This document shows positions 61,935-64,000 of a stretch of 64,000 nt of DNA, piece after piece. The position numbers and the translations under genes are program-made. Within the stretch, counting starts at the first letter, position 1; each line of letters opens with the position of its first letter. The stretch spans positions 1,802,107 to 1,866,106 of the forward strand of contig BFEA01000043.1 in assembly GCA_003427395.1 (NCBI GenBank), given 5' to 3'. The DNA is from Chara braunii. Taxonomy: Eukaryota; Plantae; Charophyceae. The notes under the pieces are model-generated. The model worked only from the letters and a program-made list of their open reading frames with translations, was not told the DNA's origin and made no database searches.

Positions 61935-63520
61935 TATGACAGGTGAACATTATTTCTAAGTTGAATGGTCTAGGGATCCCTGCTTTTCTTTTGTTTTGAA
62001 GGAAGGGGTTGAACACCCTATCTCTAAGTTAATGACTCAACTTTTCCTGTGTTTCTTTCTGAGGGAATTAAGGCCGAGACTAAGTATTGTTTCTAAGTTG
62101 AATGACTTAGTCTGGGAGGTCGTGCACACAAACAAAGGAATTAAATAATAATTTTTTTCTATATTGTATATGACATATTTTATGTGAACAAGTTAGTTAG
62201 ATAGGGTTTCTAAGCTGAATGGTCCGACTATAACTTATCGTCAAAGGAATAAAGTATTTAATTAAGAATATAATCAGAGGTAAGATTAAGGTAGGCTGAA
62301 CATGTGTTTCTAAGTTGAATGGTTCAGTCTTACTCATGCTTTTGAGTATAAAGTGAAGAGAGAGAGATATAACTTGGATATTAAATGTTCCAGGGCGACT
62401 AAGCAAAGTTTCTAAGTTGAATGGCTTAGTCATATGCCCAATGAAGAGAAAAATTTTATTGTGCGTCGTGTTTTGTTTATAAGCAAAGACAAAAAAACTA
62501 AACATTGTTTCTAAGTTGAATGATGTAGTCTTTCTTATGCCCTATGTAAACTGGGGTATTATGGTTTTACTCAACCGAGAGATGATGAACTACTTGTGTG
62601 AAAACAACTTGGGAACTTTGTGAGAGTACTTACTCATTGTGGTATGAATTTGCATGTGGTTGAGTGCGAGCTTTATTTATTTTGAGTCGTGACTTTGATA
62701 GGTATTGCTTTAGATGCTCGTCGTGTGCTGGAATTGTAGGAGTTAGTTCAATTCCTGCATTTTCTTAGCTAAATCTATTTTTTTCAATTCCTGCATTTTC
62801 TTAGCTAAATCTATTTTTTTACTTAGTTTAATTTTCAACATTTTTTTGGATAAATTTTATTTCTTATATCTGGTTTTGTATAAATTTTGGAAAGACACTT
62901 CTCCTACGGGAAGCGCTGCCGAAATTTATGTAAATCCGAGAAGTTGGTCAAATTGTGTCATTCACAATGTTCGACTTTTTCTAACTTCATATATGACTTA
63001 GTAGTAATCTAGAAAGCCTACTTCCCTAAAGGATTTGCTGCCCAAATTTTTACTAATTCAGAGAGTTAGACAAAATTTAGCTTTGTAAAGTCATATTACT
63101 GATTACCTTTTAGTTTTTCATATTTAGCTTTGTATAAATTTTGGAAAGACATTTTTCCCACAGGAAGCGTTGTCGAAATTTCTATAAATCTAAAGATATT
63201 AATTAAAATTTGTCTTGACATAATTCAAGTTTATCTTAAGTTCATGTTTGACTCAGTTTAGATCTGGGAAGCCTACCTCCCCATAGGAGATGTTGCCCAA
63301 ATATATAATAAGTCAAGGAGTTAGGCAAAATTTGACCCTTGAAGTTGGAAGATTGCTTTTAAGTTTTATATTTGGTCTTACATAAATTCTGCGAAGGCAC
63401 TTTTCCTACGGGAAGCACTGTCGAAATTTTCTATATTTTAAAGGAGTTAGAATATTTTAAGAACTTTGAGAGTTTGATAGTCTACTACCCTCGCTTAGGG
63501 AAGATATTGCCGAAATTTAT
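61935..63520 (+). repeat. Structured array block 2: seven TTTC-TAAGTT-GAATG stem-loops, then five or six long hairpin repeats
   Basis: Hairpins starting ~61944, 62001, 62077, 62190, 62291, 62397, 62497; long units at 62870-63520. 62370-62800 is collinear with 60940-61330. Confidence 0.8.
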
Positions 63521-64000
63521 GATAGTTCAAATAAGTGTCAGGGGTGAGTTGGGGAGAAAACATTATTCCATGATCACTCAAGCATGGTGTGGGTGCTGAC
63601 CTGTGATGTGATGAAGAGCACTTCTATTCAGATTGATTTGAGACTTGACTAGTCTCAAGCTGATCATCTGCTATTATTCTTTGATAAAATGTCGATTTTC
63701 GGTTCAGCTCTAACTCATTTTCGTTACTCAACCTAAGGTCTTAGCCTCTGTGGGTTGAATTGTTTCTTTTGGCTTTTACCCGAACTTTTATTAAATGACA
63801 ATTTGAAAGAGGACTGCGTGTTTTTTTTAAAAAGGGTTAGACAAAGGTTGGAGCTTGTGTGAATAAGGCAAAGGGTGTGCGCGTAGAGAGTAGTTGAAGT
63901 TGACCCCTTGTAGTACATGAACTTTTAGTTGAATCTTTGATGTGATTGCATGTATGACTGTGGTTTGCACTCTGGATTTGAATTGTCTATGGTCACATAT

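Noticed and set aside
60350-62530. CRISPR array
   Set aside because: Eukaryotic context, no cas genes, core only ~16-20 nt, irregular spacer lengths, and spacers homologous between blocks.

Overview
Eukaryotic draft-assembly window from a green plant lineage, judged from the plant-type U2/U6 fragments and a CPSFL1-like Sec14 gene. The repeat landscape would fit a large streptophyte algal or non-seed-plant genome, but that is inference. The only clear host gene is an intronless CRAL-TRIO/Sec14 gene (CPSFL1-like, 35661-36806, minus). The rest is mostly repeats: at least five L1/Tx1-type LINE copies or fragments (two apparently 5'-inverted), LTR-like pieces, hAT/MITE-like elements, micro- and minisatellites, four snRNA pseudogene fragments (2x U6, 2x U2), N gaps and one Nextera mate-pair adapter artefact. 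Most striking unexplained signals: (1) at 60.35-63.5 kb, two tandem ~1.6-kb blocks each holding seven stem-loops with a near-constant UAAGUU loop on stems that differ from copy to copy but still pair, followed by five or six long GU-rich hairpins; (2) a structured repeat that switches into the U6 snRNA 3' half at a shared AGCATGGCC motif; (3) a conserved hairpin plus pseudoknot module at LINE 3' ends, present in about 12 copies; (4) a tightly packed, virus-like cluster of decayed ORFs at 46.4-48.8 kb. All alignments and folds were done by eye, and repeat boundaries are approximate.
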